Below, in pieces: positions 28,217 through 37,501 of a DNA stretch of 64,000 nt; position 1 is the stretch's first letter; each line of letters begins with the position of its first letter. The translations under genes and the position numbers were made by a program. The notes beneath the pieces were generated by a model. It saw only the letters and a program-made list of their open reading frames with translations, was not told the DNA's origin and ran no database searches. Source of the stretch: Acidimicrobiia bacterium (lineage in GTDB: Bacteria; Actinomycetota; Acidimicrobiia; Spongiisociales; Spongiisociaceae). Where the stretch lies: NCBI GenBank assembly GCA_022827785.1, contig JAJEIM010000006.1, positions 15,842 through 79,841 of the forward strand. The letters are read 5' to 3'.

Positions 28217-28309
28217 TTGGGCTCGCTGGTCAAGAAGCGCCGCAAAAAAATGAGCAAGCACAAGTATCGCAAGCGGATCAAGGCGAACCGCCACAAGAAG
28301 AAGCAGTAG
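28217..28309 (+). CDS. ribosomal protein bS22-like micro-protein (30 aa)
   Basis: TTG start preceded by AAGGA 7 nt upstream. Translation is MGSLVKKRRKKMSKHKYRKRIKANRHKKKQ. This matches the mycobacterial bS22 pattern [21 protein letters not shown]... Confidence 0.7.
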   Translation: MGSLVKKRRKKMSKHKYRKRIKANRHKKKQ

Positions 28310-28372
28310 ATCCGCATCAGGGGGTGCTGAGGGGCCGAAGACATGGCTTCCCGCCCTGCCAGGTGGATGTTC

Positions 28373-29218
28373 CTAGCTGGCCCCGGTGGAGTCCGGCGCA
28401 AGCACCATCGCTTTGCCCTCGCCGCGCAGCGCGTCCGCAAGGGCGTTTTGCACCGTGGATACCTGGTCTCGCCGCGCCAGGCTGAGGATGGAGGGGCCCG
28501 CGCCTGACAGGCAGGCGTACACGGCTCCGGCCTCGAGGGCGACCTCCATCAGCCGGGCCGTTTCCGGATAGCTGGCGAGGCGGGGCGTCTCGTGGATCTC
28601 ATCGCCGCGAGCGTTGTCGAGTATCTCCTCCGAGCCGGTCCGAAGGCCCTCGATCAGCGCGGTGAGCCGTCCTAGCGTGCGGACGGCGACATCGAGCGGA
28701 ACGCAGTCCGGCACCACCTTGCGGGAATCGCTGGTACGGATCTCGAAGTCGGGTACGACGAGCACCGGCACCAGGTCTGGTGACAAGGAGTGGTGGACGA
28801 CCCATCCTTCGGCTACGGACACAAGCCCGCCGTAGACGGCGGCGGCGGCGTTGTCGGGATGCCCTTCGAGGAACTTGACGTACTGGAACAGTTCGTCATG
28901 GCTCGGATCATTGCCGTTGGCGCGCAAGGCGGCCAGGGTGCCGGCGGTGAAGGCGGCCGCGCTCGATCCCAGCCCGCTGCATAGAGGAACATGGTTGGCG
29001 ATCTCCATCCGCAGCGGCCGGTCGCTTACCGCACGAGCCGCCGCCAGGACGGCGTCCTGGTCCTCGTCGCCCAGGTAGGGCTCCGGCCCCACGTGCCGGG
29101 TCGACCACGAGCCGGCGACTTCGGCAGTTACCCGGCACCGCAGGTCGAGCGCGATTGCCATGGTGTCGAAGCCGGGCCCGAGGTTGGCCGAGGACGCCGG
29201 GGCGGAAGCGATGCTCAT
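28373..29218 (-). CDS. thrB: homoserine kinase
   Basis: GHMP kinase motifs: N-terminal PASSANLGPGFD and the P-loop-like PLCSGLGSSAA. Confidence 0.85.
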   Translation of the reverse strand: MSIASAPASSANLGPGFDTMAIALDLRCRVTAEVAGSWSTRHVGPEPYLGDEDQDAVLAAARAVSDRPLRMEIANHVPLCSGLGSSAAAFTAGTLAALRANGNDPSHDELFQYVKFLEGHPDNAAAAVYGGLVSVAEGWVVHHSLSPDLVPVLVVPDFEIRTSDSRKVVPDCVPLDVAVRTLGRLTALIEGLRTGSEEILDNARGDEIHETPRLASYPETARLMEVALEAGAVYACLSGAGPSILSLARRDQVSTVQNALADALRGEGKAMVLAPDSTGAS

Positions 29219-30123
29219 GTGCCGATGTCGGTTTCGACGAAGATGTTCCGGGCGGCGGGAAGTGCGGTCTGGATGGCCTCCTCGACATCCTCGATGGTCT
29301 GGTGGACCTCTTCTCCGGAGAGGCCCTTCACCAGTTGGACATCCAGGTTGACGAGGATGTCCTCAGGGCCCATATGCATGGTGAGCAGGCGATCCACGCC
29401 GGTGACGTTGGTGTGGGCCAGCACCCGCGCCCGGATGGTGGCCCGGTCCTGGCGTCCGGCCGCTTCCCCGATCAGCAGCCCCTTGATCTCGAAGGCCAGG
29501 AAGAACGCCACGACGGCCAGCAGCACTCCGATCAGGATCGACGCCAGGGCATCCCAGGTGGGGTTGCCGGTGAGATGGGATGCGACCACGCCCGCCAGCG
29601 CGACGACCAATCCTGTGATGGCGGCGCTGTCCTCGAACAGTACGACCAGGAGCGGCGCGTCCTTCGTGTCGCGCAGGGTACGCCACAGGGCACGCGAGCC
29701 CCGGACACGGTTGAACTCCCGCACCGCCACCACCAGCGGCCCGGCCTCGAAGAGGATCGCTCCTGAGAGCACCGCCACCGAGACGCCGAAACTCTCCACG
29801 GCATGGGGATGGCGAAGAGCGTTGACGCCGTGCTGGATGGAGAACACGGAGCCGCCCACGAACAGCATGACGGCCACCATGAAGCTCCAGAAGTAGACCT
29901 CCTTGCCGCGCCCGAACGGATGGCGCGCCCCGCCGGCGCGTTTGGAGACCGTCATGCCCCACAGCAGCATCCCTTGGTTGCCGGAGTCGGCCACCGAGTG
30001 GATCGCCTCGGCCAGCATCGCCGCCGATCCGGTGATTGCGGCGGCTATGAACTTGGCTACGGCGATGGCCGAGTTGGCGGCCAGAGCGGCGATGACAGCG
30101 AGACGGGAGCCTTGTGAAGCCAT
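29215..30123 (-). CDS. cation diffusion facilitator family transporter
   Basis: Six TM helices with the CDF signature (HSVADSGNQ), followed by a C-terminal cytoplasmic domain. Its stop overlaps the thrB start. Confidence 0.85.
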   Translation of the reverse strand: MASQGSRLAVIAALAANSAIAVAKFIAAAITGSAAMLAEAIHSVADSGNQGMLLWGMTVSKRAGGARHPFGRGKEVYFWSFMVAVMLFVGGSVFSIQHGVNALRHPHAVESFGVSVAVLSGAILFEAGPLVVAVREFNRVRGSRALWRTLRDTKDAPLLVVLFEDSAAITGLVVALAGVVASHLTGNPTWDALASILIGVLLAVVAFFLAFEIKGLLIGEAAGRQDRATIRARVLAHTNVTGVDRLLTMHMGPEDILVNLDVQLVKGLSGEEVHQTIEDVEEAIQTALPAARNIFVETDIGT

Positions 30124-30187
30124 TCGGGTGCCAGTGTAAGTGGCGCGCGTGCCCTCGGGATCACGACCGGGCTACGGTACCCGGGTC

Positions 30188-30403
30188 ATGGCGGACATTC
30201 TCGGGCTGGACGCCCTGCTGGGGCAGATGATGACCGCGCTGGGCCTGGCGATGGTGGCGGGGAACGGCTTCGCCATGTGGAAACACGCCCGCGGTGAGGC
30301 TCCCGAGGGCGCCAAGGGCGCCTACCGCCCGGGGCGCGCCCGGTTCCTGCTGGTGGTGGGTCTGGTGATCAGCATCTGGGGTCTGGCCGGGTGGATGACC
30401 TGA
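30188..30403 (+). CDS. small hypothetical membrane protein (two TM helices)
   Basis: MADILGLDALLGQMMTALGLAMVAGNGFAMW...LLVVGLVISIWGLAGW. Short ORF, weakly supported. Confidence 0.3.
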   Translation: MADILGLDALLGQMMTALGLAMVAGNGFAMWKHARGEAPEGAKGAYRPGRARFLLVVGLVISIWGLAGWMT

Positions 30404-30475
30404 TTCGGATGCCGTCGGACGGGTCCCTCGCATATGCACCCACCATGGCCCCCGGCTACCATCGCGCCGATCCGG

Positions 30476-30549
30476 CGGGTGTAGTTCAGTGGTAGAACAT
30501 CAGCTTCCCAAGCTGAGAACGGGGGTTCGATTCCCCTCACCCGCTCCCC
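30476..30549 (+). tRNA. tRNA-Gly (anticodon CCC)
   Basis: Acceptor stem GCGGGTG/CACCCGC, D-loop AGTTCAGTGGTAGAAC, anticodon stem-loop CAGCTTCCCAAGCTG, T-loop GGTTCGATTCC. The 3' CCA is not encoded. Confidence 0.9.
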
Positions 30550-30604
30550 CCTGGCGCGATTCGTTCGGCGCTTGGCAACTAGTAGCTGAGCGTGGAGCAG
30601 AGCG

Positions 30605-31168
30605 GTGATCCTTTCGGACCGAGACATCAAGGCGGCCATCGAGGCGGAACGTATCGGGATCGATCCCTACGATCCCGAGAACGTCCAGCCCTCGTCGATC
30701 GACCTGCGGGTGGATCGCTTCTTCCGGGTCTTCGAGAACCACCTCTACCCGTACATCGACCCCAAGAAGGCCCAACCCGACCTCACCCAGGAGAGGGCGG
30801 TCAGCCCCGATGGCCGCTTCATCCTCCATCCCGGCCGATTCGTGCTCGGGGCCACTCTCGAGCGGATTCACCTGGCCGACGACATCGTGGCCCGGCTGGA
30901 GGGCAAGTCCAGCCTGGGGCGGATCGGCCTTTTGATCCACTCCACCGCCGGATTCGTGGATCCCGGCTTCAACGGTTACCTGACCCTCGAGCTGGCCAAC
31001 GTGGCCAACCTGCCGATAGCCATCTACCCCGGGATGCTGATCGGGCAGATCAGCTTCTACGAGCTCTCCAGCCCGGCGGACCACCCTTACGGGTCGCTGT
31101 GGGCAGGGTCCAAGTACCAGGGCCAGCGTGGCCCGACCGCGTCCCGGGTCCACGAGAACTTCCGTTAA
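30605..31168 (+). CDS. dcd: dCTP deaminase
   Basis: GTG start. [13 protein letters not shown]...[18 protein letters not shown]...[10 protein letters not shown] is a canonical Dcd sequence. Confidence 0.9.
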   Translation: MILSDRDIKAAIEAERIGIDPYDPENVQPSSIDLRVDRFFRVFENHLYPYIDPKKAQPDLTQERAVSPDGRFILHPGRFVLGATLERIHLADDIVARLEGKSSLGRIGLLIHSTAGFVDPGFNGYLTLELANVANLPIAIYPGMLIGQISFYELSSPADHPYGSLWAGSKYQGQRGPTASRVHENFR

Positions 31169-31177
31169 CGATACGGA

Positions 31178-32623
31178 TCAGAGCAGGGTCCCCGGCCGGT
31201 ACCCGGCGGCGTGCGGATGCGCGTCGACCACTCCTGCGACCGCCTTCACTACGGCGTCCACCTGCGAGCCTGCCCGGGCCGCAAGGCCGGTGGTGGCAGC
31301 CGCCTCCCGGATCCGGTGTGCGTCGAGGGGGAAGGCAGCATCGTTGCCGAGCGATGCCCAAAGGTCGTGGCCGTCCCCCGCGCGCCGGGCGGCGGCCGCC
31401 CGCAGGGCATGGGACCGGATGATCCGGTGAGCATTCTCGCGTCCCATCCCGGCCGCGACCGCTGCCAGCAGGACCCGGGTCGTGGACAGGAACGGCAGTT
31501 CGGCGGCCAACTCCTCGTCCACCCGTCCGGGGAATACAGCCATGTCACGGACCACGTGTAGCGTGGCCTCCAGCAACCCGTCTCCGGCGAAGAAGGAGTC
31601 GGGCAGCATCACCCGCCGTACCACGGAATCGCTGACGTCGCCCTCGTTCCACTGGTGTCCGGAGAGTCCGGCGGCCATGGCGAGATAGCCGCCCAGCACG
31701 ACGGCCAGCCCGTTGATCCGTTCGCAGGTGCGCATGTTGGTCTTGTGGGGCATGGCCGACGACCCCACCTGGCCGGGCTGGAAACCCTCGGAGGCCAGGT
31801 CGGCGCCCGCCATCAAGCGGAGGGTGGTAGCGAGGCTCGACGGTCCCGCCGCCAGCTGCGCCACCGTGCTCACCACCTCCAGGTCCAGCGATCTCGGATA
31901 GATCTGCCCGACAGCCGCCAGGCAGTGGGAGAATCCCAGGCCCTCCGCCACCTTCGCCTCGAGGCGGTCCACCGCCTTCTCGTCCCCGCCGAGCAGCTCT
32001 AGTAGGTCCTGCTGGGTCCCCACCGGGCCCTTCAGCCCTCTCAAGGGGTATCCGGCGATCAACGCCTCGAGCCGCCGGTAGGCGGCCAGGGTCTCCTCGG
32101 CGGCGCCGGCGAGGCGCTTTCCCACCGTGGTGGGCTGGGCCGGGACGTTGTGGCTGCGGCCCACCACGACCATGTCCCGGTATTCGGTCGCCCGGCCCGC
32201 GAGGGCGGCCAGCACCGCCACGGTCTTGTCCCGCAGCGTTTCGAGGGACCGCCGGATCACCAACTGCTCGACGTTCTCGGTGACGTCCCGGGAGGTGAGC
32301 CCCTTGTGGATGTGCTCGTGGCCGGCCAGCGCGCAGAACTCCTCGATGCGGGCGGCCAGGTCGTGGCGGGTGGTTTCCTCCCGGGCCCGGATCGAGGCCA
32401 GATCAACCTGATGGATGACCGCCCGGTAGTCGTCCACCACCCCGTCGGGCACAGGTACGCCCAGTTCGATCTGGTTTTCGAGGACCGCTACCCAGAGCTC
32501 CCGCTCCATGACCACCCGACCCACCGGTGACCAGAGGTGACGGATCGCGCTACCGGCGTAGCGTGAGGCCAGGACATTGGGAATATCGGACTGTCCGGGG
32601 GGATCCGTCGGGATCGGTGCCAT
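31178..32623 (-). CDS. purB: adenylosuccinate lyase
   Basis: Fumarate-lyase superfamily signature GSSAMPHKTNMRTCE, and about 480 aa overall. Confidence 0.9.
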   Translation of the reverse strand: MAPIPTDPPGQSDIPNVLASRYAGSAIRHLWSPVGRVVMERELWVAVLENQIELGVPVPDGVVDDYRAVIHQVDLASIRAREETTRHDLAARIEEFCALAGHEHIHKGLTSRDVTENVEQLVIRRSLETLRDKTVAVLAALAGRATEYRDMVVVGRSHNVPAQPTTVGKRLAGAAEETLAAYRRLEALIAGYPLRGLKGPVGTQQDLLELLGGDEKAVDRLEAKVAEGLGFSHCLAAVGQIYPRSLDLEVVSTVAQLAAGPSSLATTLRLMAGADLASEGFQPGQVGSSAMPHKTNMRTCERINGLAVVLGGYLAMAAGLSGHQWNEGDVSDSVVRRVMLPDSFFAGDGLLEATLHVVRDMAVFPGRVDEELAAELPFLSTTRVLLAAVAAGMGRENAHRIIRSHALRAAAARRAGDGHDLWASLGNDAAFPLDAHRIREAAATTGLAARAGSQVDAVVKAVAGVVDAHPHAAGYRPGTLL

Positions 32624-32668
32624 GCCGGCCGGATGTTACCCCTGACGGTAGGACCCTCCCGGTTCCGT

Positions 32669-33580
32669 TCAGCTATCCGTCCGGGAGGGGTCCCACTCCA
32701 CCCCGGCCAGGCGGGCCAGGGCCAGGATCAGGGATTGCGTGCCCTTCCGGCCCAAGCCTTGGGCCTGGAGCGAGACGTAGAGCTCGTGGGCCATGGCCAG
32801 ACCGGGGGCCGGGAGCTTCATGGAGGCGGCCTCGCGCAGGGCGATGCCCATGTCCTTGACGAAATGATCGACGAAGAAGCCCGGCTCGAAGTCGCCCCCG
32901 AGCATCCGGGGACCGTAGTTCGACAGCGACCACGACCCGGCGGCCCCGCCGCTGACCGACCCCATCACCGTGTCGAGGTCGAGCCCGGCCTGCTGGCCGT
33001 AGAGGAGCGCCTCGGACAACCCGATCATGCCGGTGGCTATCAGGATCTGGTTCACCGCCTTGGTGTGCTGGCCTGCGCCCGGCCCGCCCTGGCGGACGAT
33101 GGTCTTGCCCATGGTCTCGAACACCGGCCGCACCCGTTCGATGGCGTCCGGGTCACCGCCGATCATGATCGACAGGGTGCCGTTCCGGGCGCCGATATCG
33201 CCCCCGCTCACGGGAGCGTCGATGGCAGCCACACCCCGCTCGCCGGACGCGCCGGCGATCTCGATGGCGAGAGCGGGCTCGGAGGTGGTCATGTCCACCA
33301 GCACATCTCCGGTCGAGGCGCCCGCCAGCAGGCCGTCCGGGCCCAGGAACACCTGGCGGACATCCTCGGGGAAACCGACGATGGCGAACGAGATATCGGA
33401 TGCGGCTGCCACCTCGGCGGGCGTACCGGCCCAGGCGGCGCCGCGGTCGATCAGGTCCTCGGCCCTTGACCTGGTGCGGGTGGTCACCGTCACCGGATAG
33501 CCGGCGTCAAGGACGTGCCCGCACATTGAGACGCCCATCACGCCGGTCCCGACCCAGCCGATAGCAGGCTTGTCCCTCAC
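32669..33580 (-). CDS. NAD(P)-dependent oxidoreductase, 3-hydroxyisobutyrate dehydrogenase family
   Basis: GTG start with AAGGAG 6 nt upstream. N-terminal Rossmann motif [11 protein letters not shown]-terminal 6PGD-like domain with catalytic Lys context ([11 protein letters not shown]). The upstream half of the 596-aa track ORF is in a different frame from the MDR gene and is rejected. Confidence 0.8.
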   Translation of the reverse strand: MRDKPAIGWVGTGVMGVSMCGHVLDAGYPVTVTTRTRSRAEDLIDRGAAWAGTPAEVAAASDISFAIVGFPEDVRQVFLGPDGLLAGASTGDVLVDMTTSEPALAIEIAGASGERGVAAIDAPVSGGDIGARNGTLSIMIGGDPDAIERVRPVFETMGKTIVRQGGPGAGQHTKAVNQILIATGMIGLSEALLYGQQAGLDLDTVMGSVSGGAAGSWSLSNYGPRMLGGDFEPGFFVDHFVKDMGIALREAASMKLPAPGLAMAHELYVSLQAQGLGRKGTQSLILALARLAGVEWDPSRTDS

Positions 33581-34590
33581 GTTCCGCTCCTTTCGATGAC
33601 CAGCTTGCCCTGATGATCCCCGGCCTTCATCCGGTCCAATGCCTCGGGCAGACGCTCGAACGGGTAGACACTGTCCACGAGCACCGGCAGGTCGCCTCCG
33701 GCCACCCACTCCGTCACTCGCGCGAAATCCTCGTGGTCGAACATGGTGGAGCCGATGATCTCGAGGTGGCGGAAGAAGAGCGGCGGGACGCTGATCTCCA
33801 CCTTGGGGCCGCTGGTGGATCCGCAGGTCACCAACCGGCCGCCCGGCGCCAGCGACCGCATCGACTGGCTCCAGGTGGCGGGTCCGACGTTCTCGAACAC
33901 CACCTCGGCCTGCCGTCCCGCGGCCTGCCGGAGCTCCTTCGAGAACTCGCCTCCCGACGCGAACCCACCGGCCGCGCCGAGCCGGACCGCCCGTTCGATC
34001 TTGGCCGGACTCGTTGAGGTGACGTAGACCTCTGCGCCCATCAGCCCCCCGATCAGCATGCCGGCCGAACTGACGCCTCCACCGACTCCCACCACCAGCA
34101 TCAGATCCCCGTCGCGGAGGCGGGCCCGGCGCAGCATCCGGTAGGCGGTGGAGTAGGCAAGCCCGTAGGCCGCCGCTTTGTCCCAGCGGAGCCCGGCCGG
34201 CCTCGGTACGAGGTTGGATGCCGGAAGGACGACGTAGTCGGCAAGCGTTCCCCAGGAGTGCTCGCCGAGCACTCCGAGTTTCCCGCTGAAGGGAATGTGG
34301 CTGGTAGTTGGGGCGTAGCCGAGGCTCGGGCTGATGATCACCTCGGTGCCCGGCGCCCATCCCTCCACGCCGTCTCCCACCGCGTCCACCACACCGGCGC
34401 CGTCCCCTCCCGCCACATGGGGGAAGTGCTTGGGCGCCGGGAGCCCCATCGACATCCACAGGTCCAGCCGGTTCAGAGCGGACATCACCAGCCGCACCCG
34501 CACTTGGCCCGGCCCGGGCTCAGGCGTTTCCACCTCCGTCAGCGTGTAGGAGGACGGCCCGCGCGTGTCGTTCAGAATCCATGCTCGCAT
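33577..34590 (-). CDS. zinc-binding alcohol dehydrogenase / quinone oxidoreductase (MDR family)
   Basis: GroES-like N-domain and a Rossmann domain ([13 protein letters not shown]). It overlaps the downstream oxidoreductase start by 4 nt. Confidence 0.8.
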   Translation of the reverse strand: MRAWILNDTRGPSSYTLTEVETPEPGPGQVRVRLVMSALNRLDLWMSMGLPAPKHFPHVAGGDGAGVVDAVGDGVEGWAPGTEVIISPSLGYAPTTSHIPFSGKLGVLGEHSWGTLADYVVLPASNLVPRPAGLRWDKAAAYGLAYSTAYRMLRRARLRDGDLMLVVGVGGGVSSAGMLIGGLMGAEVYVTSTSPAKIERAVRLGAAGGFASGGEFSKELRQAAGRQAEVVFENVGPATWSQSMRSLAPGGRLVTCGSTSGPKVEISVPPLFFRHLEIIGSTMFDHEDFARVTEWVAGGDLPVLVDSVYPFERLPEALDRMKAGDHQGKLVIERSGT

Positions 34591-34910
34591 GATGCCAAGG
34601 CTAGACCACCCGGCACTCAGGATCGGCGAGCTCGCGGATGGTCCGGCCTAGCCACCGGGGTGGGGTTGTTGGGGTGTACTGGTCGAGGAAGGTCTGCTAG
34701 ACCGTTCCTGCTGCTGGACCGGGTGAAGTACTCGACGTTGGCGGGATGCCGGCAGCCGCCCCAGGTACGGGGTGCGAGGAGCCGGCAGCGGTATGGCGGC
34801 GTGTGGGGGTCGATGCTATGGCCGCGCCGGTGGATGGCGATGTGGTGGTGGTACCAGCGGAGGGTGGCGGTGAGGTGGCCCCGTCAGGTGCCACACTGCG
34901 CCGTCGTCGC

Positions 34911-35708
34911 CTATGTCCAGCCGAAGTGGTCGATGGGGCCCTCGCCGCGGCCCAGGTTCCATCCGGCGGCGCCGGTGATGGCGCGCGATACCCAGGCTCG
35001 GGCGTCGGCGATGGCCACGATCAGGTCGGCGCCGGTGGCCAGGCGGGCCGCTACGGAGGCCGAGAGCGCGTCCCCGGTCCCGTGGACGTTCCGCGACCGT
35101 ACCCGGCGTCCCGGGAGCGCGTGGGTGTGGATCCCGTTCGAGAACACGTCCACCAGGGGCCGGTCACGGGCCATCCGCCCGCCGGTTACCAGGAAGGGTG
35201 TTCGGGTGGTGCGGGCCAGGTACTCCGCCACGGCCCGCTGGTCGCTCTCGTTCTCGACGGGTCGGCCGGCCAGCAACGCCGCCTCCCGGTGGTTGGGCGT
35301 GGCCAGGTCGGCTCGCGGGATCAGGGCTTCGAGATAGGCGTCGATGGTGGATCCGTCCACCAGCGACCTGCCGTTCCGATCGACCAGGACCGGGTCGATC
35401 ACCAGGTTGGGTAGCCGGGCCGCGCGTTCCGCCACCAGCCGGACCACCTCGGCCCGGCCCAGCAGTCCGGTCTTGGTGGCGTCGGGCGGCAGGTCGGTGG
35501 CGACCGCTTCCAGCTGGGAGGAGATCATCCCGACCGGCACCTGCTCGGCCCGAGCCACTCCCCGGGTGTTCTGGGCGGTGACGGTGGTGATCACGGTGGT
35601 GGCGAAGACGCGGTGCGCCGACAACGTCTTGAGGTCGGCCTGGATCCCGGCGCCGGCGCCGGAGTCGCTGCCGCCGATCGTCATCACCGTCTTAGGGGTA
35701 GCTGTCAT
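34911..35708 (-). CDS. thiD: hydroxymethylpyrimidine/phosphomethylpyrimidine kinase
   Basis: Ribokinase-like PfkB fold with the ThiD blocks [19 protein letters not shown] and the anion hole GTGDALSA. Its ATG overlaps the thiQ stop (ATGA). Confidence 0.85.
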   Translation of the reverse strand: MTATPKTVMTIGGSDSGAGAGIQADLKTLSAHRVFATTVITTVTAQNTRGVARAEQVPVGMISSQLEAVATDLPPDATKTGLLGRAEVVRLVAERAARLPNLVIDPVLVDRNGRSLVDGSTIDAYLEALIPRADLATPNHREAALLAGRPVENESDQRAVAEYLARTTRTPFLVTGGRMARDRPLVDVFSNGIHTHALPGRRVRSRNVHGTGDALSASVAARLATGADLIVAIADARAWVSRAITGAAGWNLGRGEGPIDHFGWT

Positions 35709-37501
35709 GTGCTCCAGCCGAGGAAGGTGTCTTGGGCGGTCCCGCGCTCGCAGCCGGATCGCTGCACGATGCCTACCCGGTCCGATTCAACCGTGGTATT
35801 GGTGCACCCGCCGGCATCGTAGGCCTGGTAGGTCACGCGGCCACGGTCCACCGGGACGTGCTCGCCATCGAGGCCGAGCGCGGACGGCCCGCTCCACCGT
35901 ACTTCGATCGGAGGGTCGTCGCACCGGGTGAATAGCTCGGACCACACGAGCGGCGATCGAAGATGGTCGCCGTCGCACAGGAGGTGGCGCACCACCACGT
36001 CCTCGCCGGTGTCAAGGCCCTCGATCCTGGCCGGCCACCGGCCAAGGCGCCCCTCGCCAGGGGTGCGCGGTCCGATGGTGAGGCGGTAACGGGCCCCCGG
36101 CGCCCAAGCGAAGTCCCTGGTGTTCGGATCGAGGGGCGTGGACGGTAGGGACGACTCCGTTCCGGGCAGGATGGTGCCACCGTGGTCGTAACCACCCCAG
36201 TTGACGGCCAGGTTCCGGGGATGGCGGGGATTCCACTGGATCCCGGTGTGGGCGCCTCCATGGTGGCGACCGGGCGACCAGAAGGATGCCTGGATCGCGA
36301 AGAAGGCCAGGCGGCTGACCTCCGGCGGCTTCAGCACTTCCAGGATCACCGACACGGATGCCAGGGGGACATCGGGGACATCCCACCAGACATGGAACGA
36401 GGAAGCCCCGTTAGGGGATGGTGGTAATCCTCGGTCGCGAACGGGGCCCGTGACCACCGGTTCGGACCGAGTTCGAGGAGCGTCGGCGGAGCATGGCGAC
36501 TCGGGCAGCAAGACAACCCTCTCGGGATCTATCTCCACGAGCACGCGGGTTCCCCTAAGAGGACCGGTACCCGAGGTGTGCACGACAAGCGGATGGCCGG
36601 AGCAGTTCACCTCCACACGGGTCTGCCCGGCTACGAAGGTGGTCGCCTCCACCGTCCCGGCCAGGTTCCCGGTCGGGCTCAAGGCGGCGCCATCGGGCCG
36701 GATGACCACCCGGTGGCGGCCGTCCGGAAGATGTGTAGGGACTGCGCCCCAGGGGGTAGTGGCGAAACCGGCCCTCACCTCCACATCGGCGAAGTTATCG
36801 AACCCGAGGAAGCGGGCCACGAACTCGGTGGCCGGTCGTCTCCACAGTTGCTCGGGCGTGTCGACCTGGCGGATCTTTCCCCGGTGCAGGATCGCCACCC
36901 GGTCGGCGATGGCGAATGCCTCGTCCTGGTCGTGGGTTACGTAGAGCGCCGTGATCCCTATCCGCCGCAAGAGTTGGGACAGCTCGGGTACCAGCCGGGC
37001 GCGCAGGGCCCGGTCGAGAGCACCCACCGGTTCGTCGAGCATCAGTAGTTCCGGTTCGGGCGCCAGTGCCCGGGCAAGGGCGACCCGTTGCTGTTCGCCA
37101 CCCGAGAGGGACTCGATCCCGCGGTCCCCGTACCCGTGGAGGTCGACCCAAGAGAGCACCTCCGCGACGCGCTCCCGGGTTGAGTGGCGGTCCCTTCCCT
37201 GCATCCGGAGGCCGAAGGCAACGTTCTCGGCCACGCTCAGGTGGGGGAACAGCGCGTAGTCCTGGAACATCAAGCCCACCCCGCGCTGATGCACGTCGAC
37301 TCGGGTTATGTCGCGGGATGCCAATTCGATCGTCCCGGTTCCCGGCCTCTCCAAGCCGGCGATGGTCCGCAGGAGGCTCGACTTACCCGAGCCGGACGGA
37401 CCCAGCACGGCCATCACCTCCCCGGACCTCATCGACAGATCTATACCGTCCAGCGCACGGTGGTTCCCGTAGTCCAGCGTGATGTCGATCAACTCGAGCA
37501 C
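35705..37501 (-). CDS. thiQ: thiamine-type ABC transporter ATP-binding protein (ThiQ/FbpC-like) fused to a C-terminal extension of about 250 aa of unknown function
   Basis: GTG start overlapping the thiP stop (TAGTG). Walker [10 protein letters not shown], signature [15 protein letters not shown], Walker [13 protein letters not shown], and a TOBE-like domain ending about residue 345. The reading frame then continues without a stop for about 250 codons of protein-like sequence with high GC3. Confidence 0.75.
   Translation of the reverse strand: MLELIDITLDYGNHRALDGIDLSMRSGEVMAVLGPSGSGKSSLLRTIAGLERPGTGTIELASRDITRVDVHQRGVGLMFQDYALFPHLSVAENVAFGLRMQGRDRHSTRERVAEVLSWVDLHGYGDRGIESLSGGEQQRVALARALAPEPELLMLDEPVGALDRALRARLVPELSQLLRRIGITALYVTHDQDEAFAIADRVAILHRGKIRQVDTPEQLWRRPATEFVARFLGFDNFADVEVRAGFATTPWGAVPTHLPDGRHRVVIRPDGAALSPTGNLAGTVEATTFVAGQTRVEVNCSGHPLVVHTSGTGPLRGTRVLVEIDPERVVLLPESPCSADAPRTRSEPVVTGPVRDRGLPPSPNGASSFHVWWDVPDVPLASVSVILEVLKPPEVSRLAFFAIQASFWSPGRHHGGAHTGIQWNPRHPRNLAVNWGGYDHGGTILPGTESSLPSTPLDPNTRDFAWAPGARYRLTIGPRTPGEGRLGRWPARIEGLDTGEDVVVRHLLCDGDHLRSPLVWSELFTRCDDPPIEVRWSGPSALGLDGEHVPVDRGRVTYQAYDAGGCTNTTVESDRVGIVQRSGCERGTAQDTFLGWST

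Noticed and set aside
30476-31168. tRNA-Gly as a possible integration site for a genomic island
   Set aside because: Flanking genes (CDF transporter, thrB, dcd, purB) are core metabolism. No integrase, no direct repeat of the tRNA 3' end, and no compositional shift were seen.
32669-34459. 596-aa minus-strand ORF
   Set aside because: Only the distal 303 codons (from the GTG at 33580, preceded by AAGGAG) form the HIBADH-family gene. The upstream half overlaps the MDR oxidoreductase gene in another frame and reads as Arg/Gly-rich noise.
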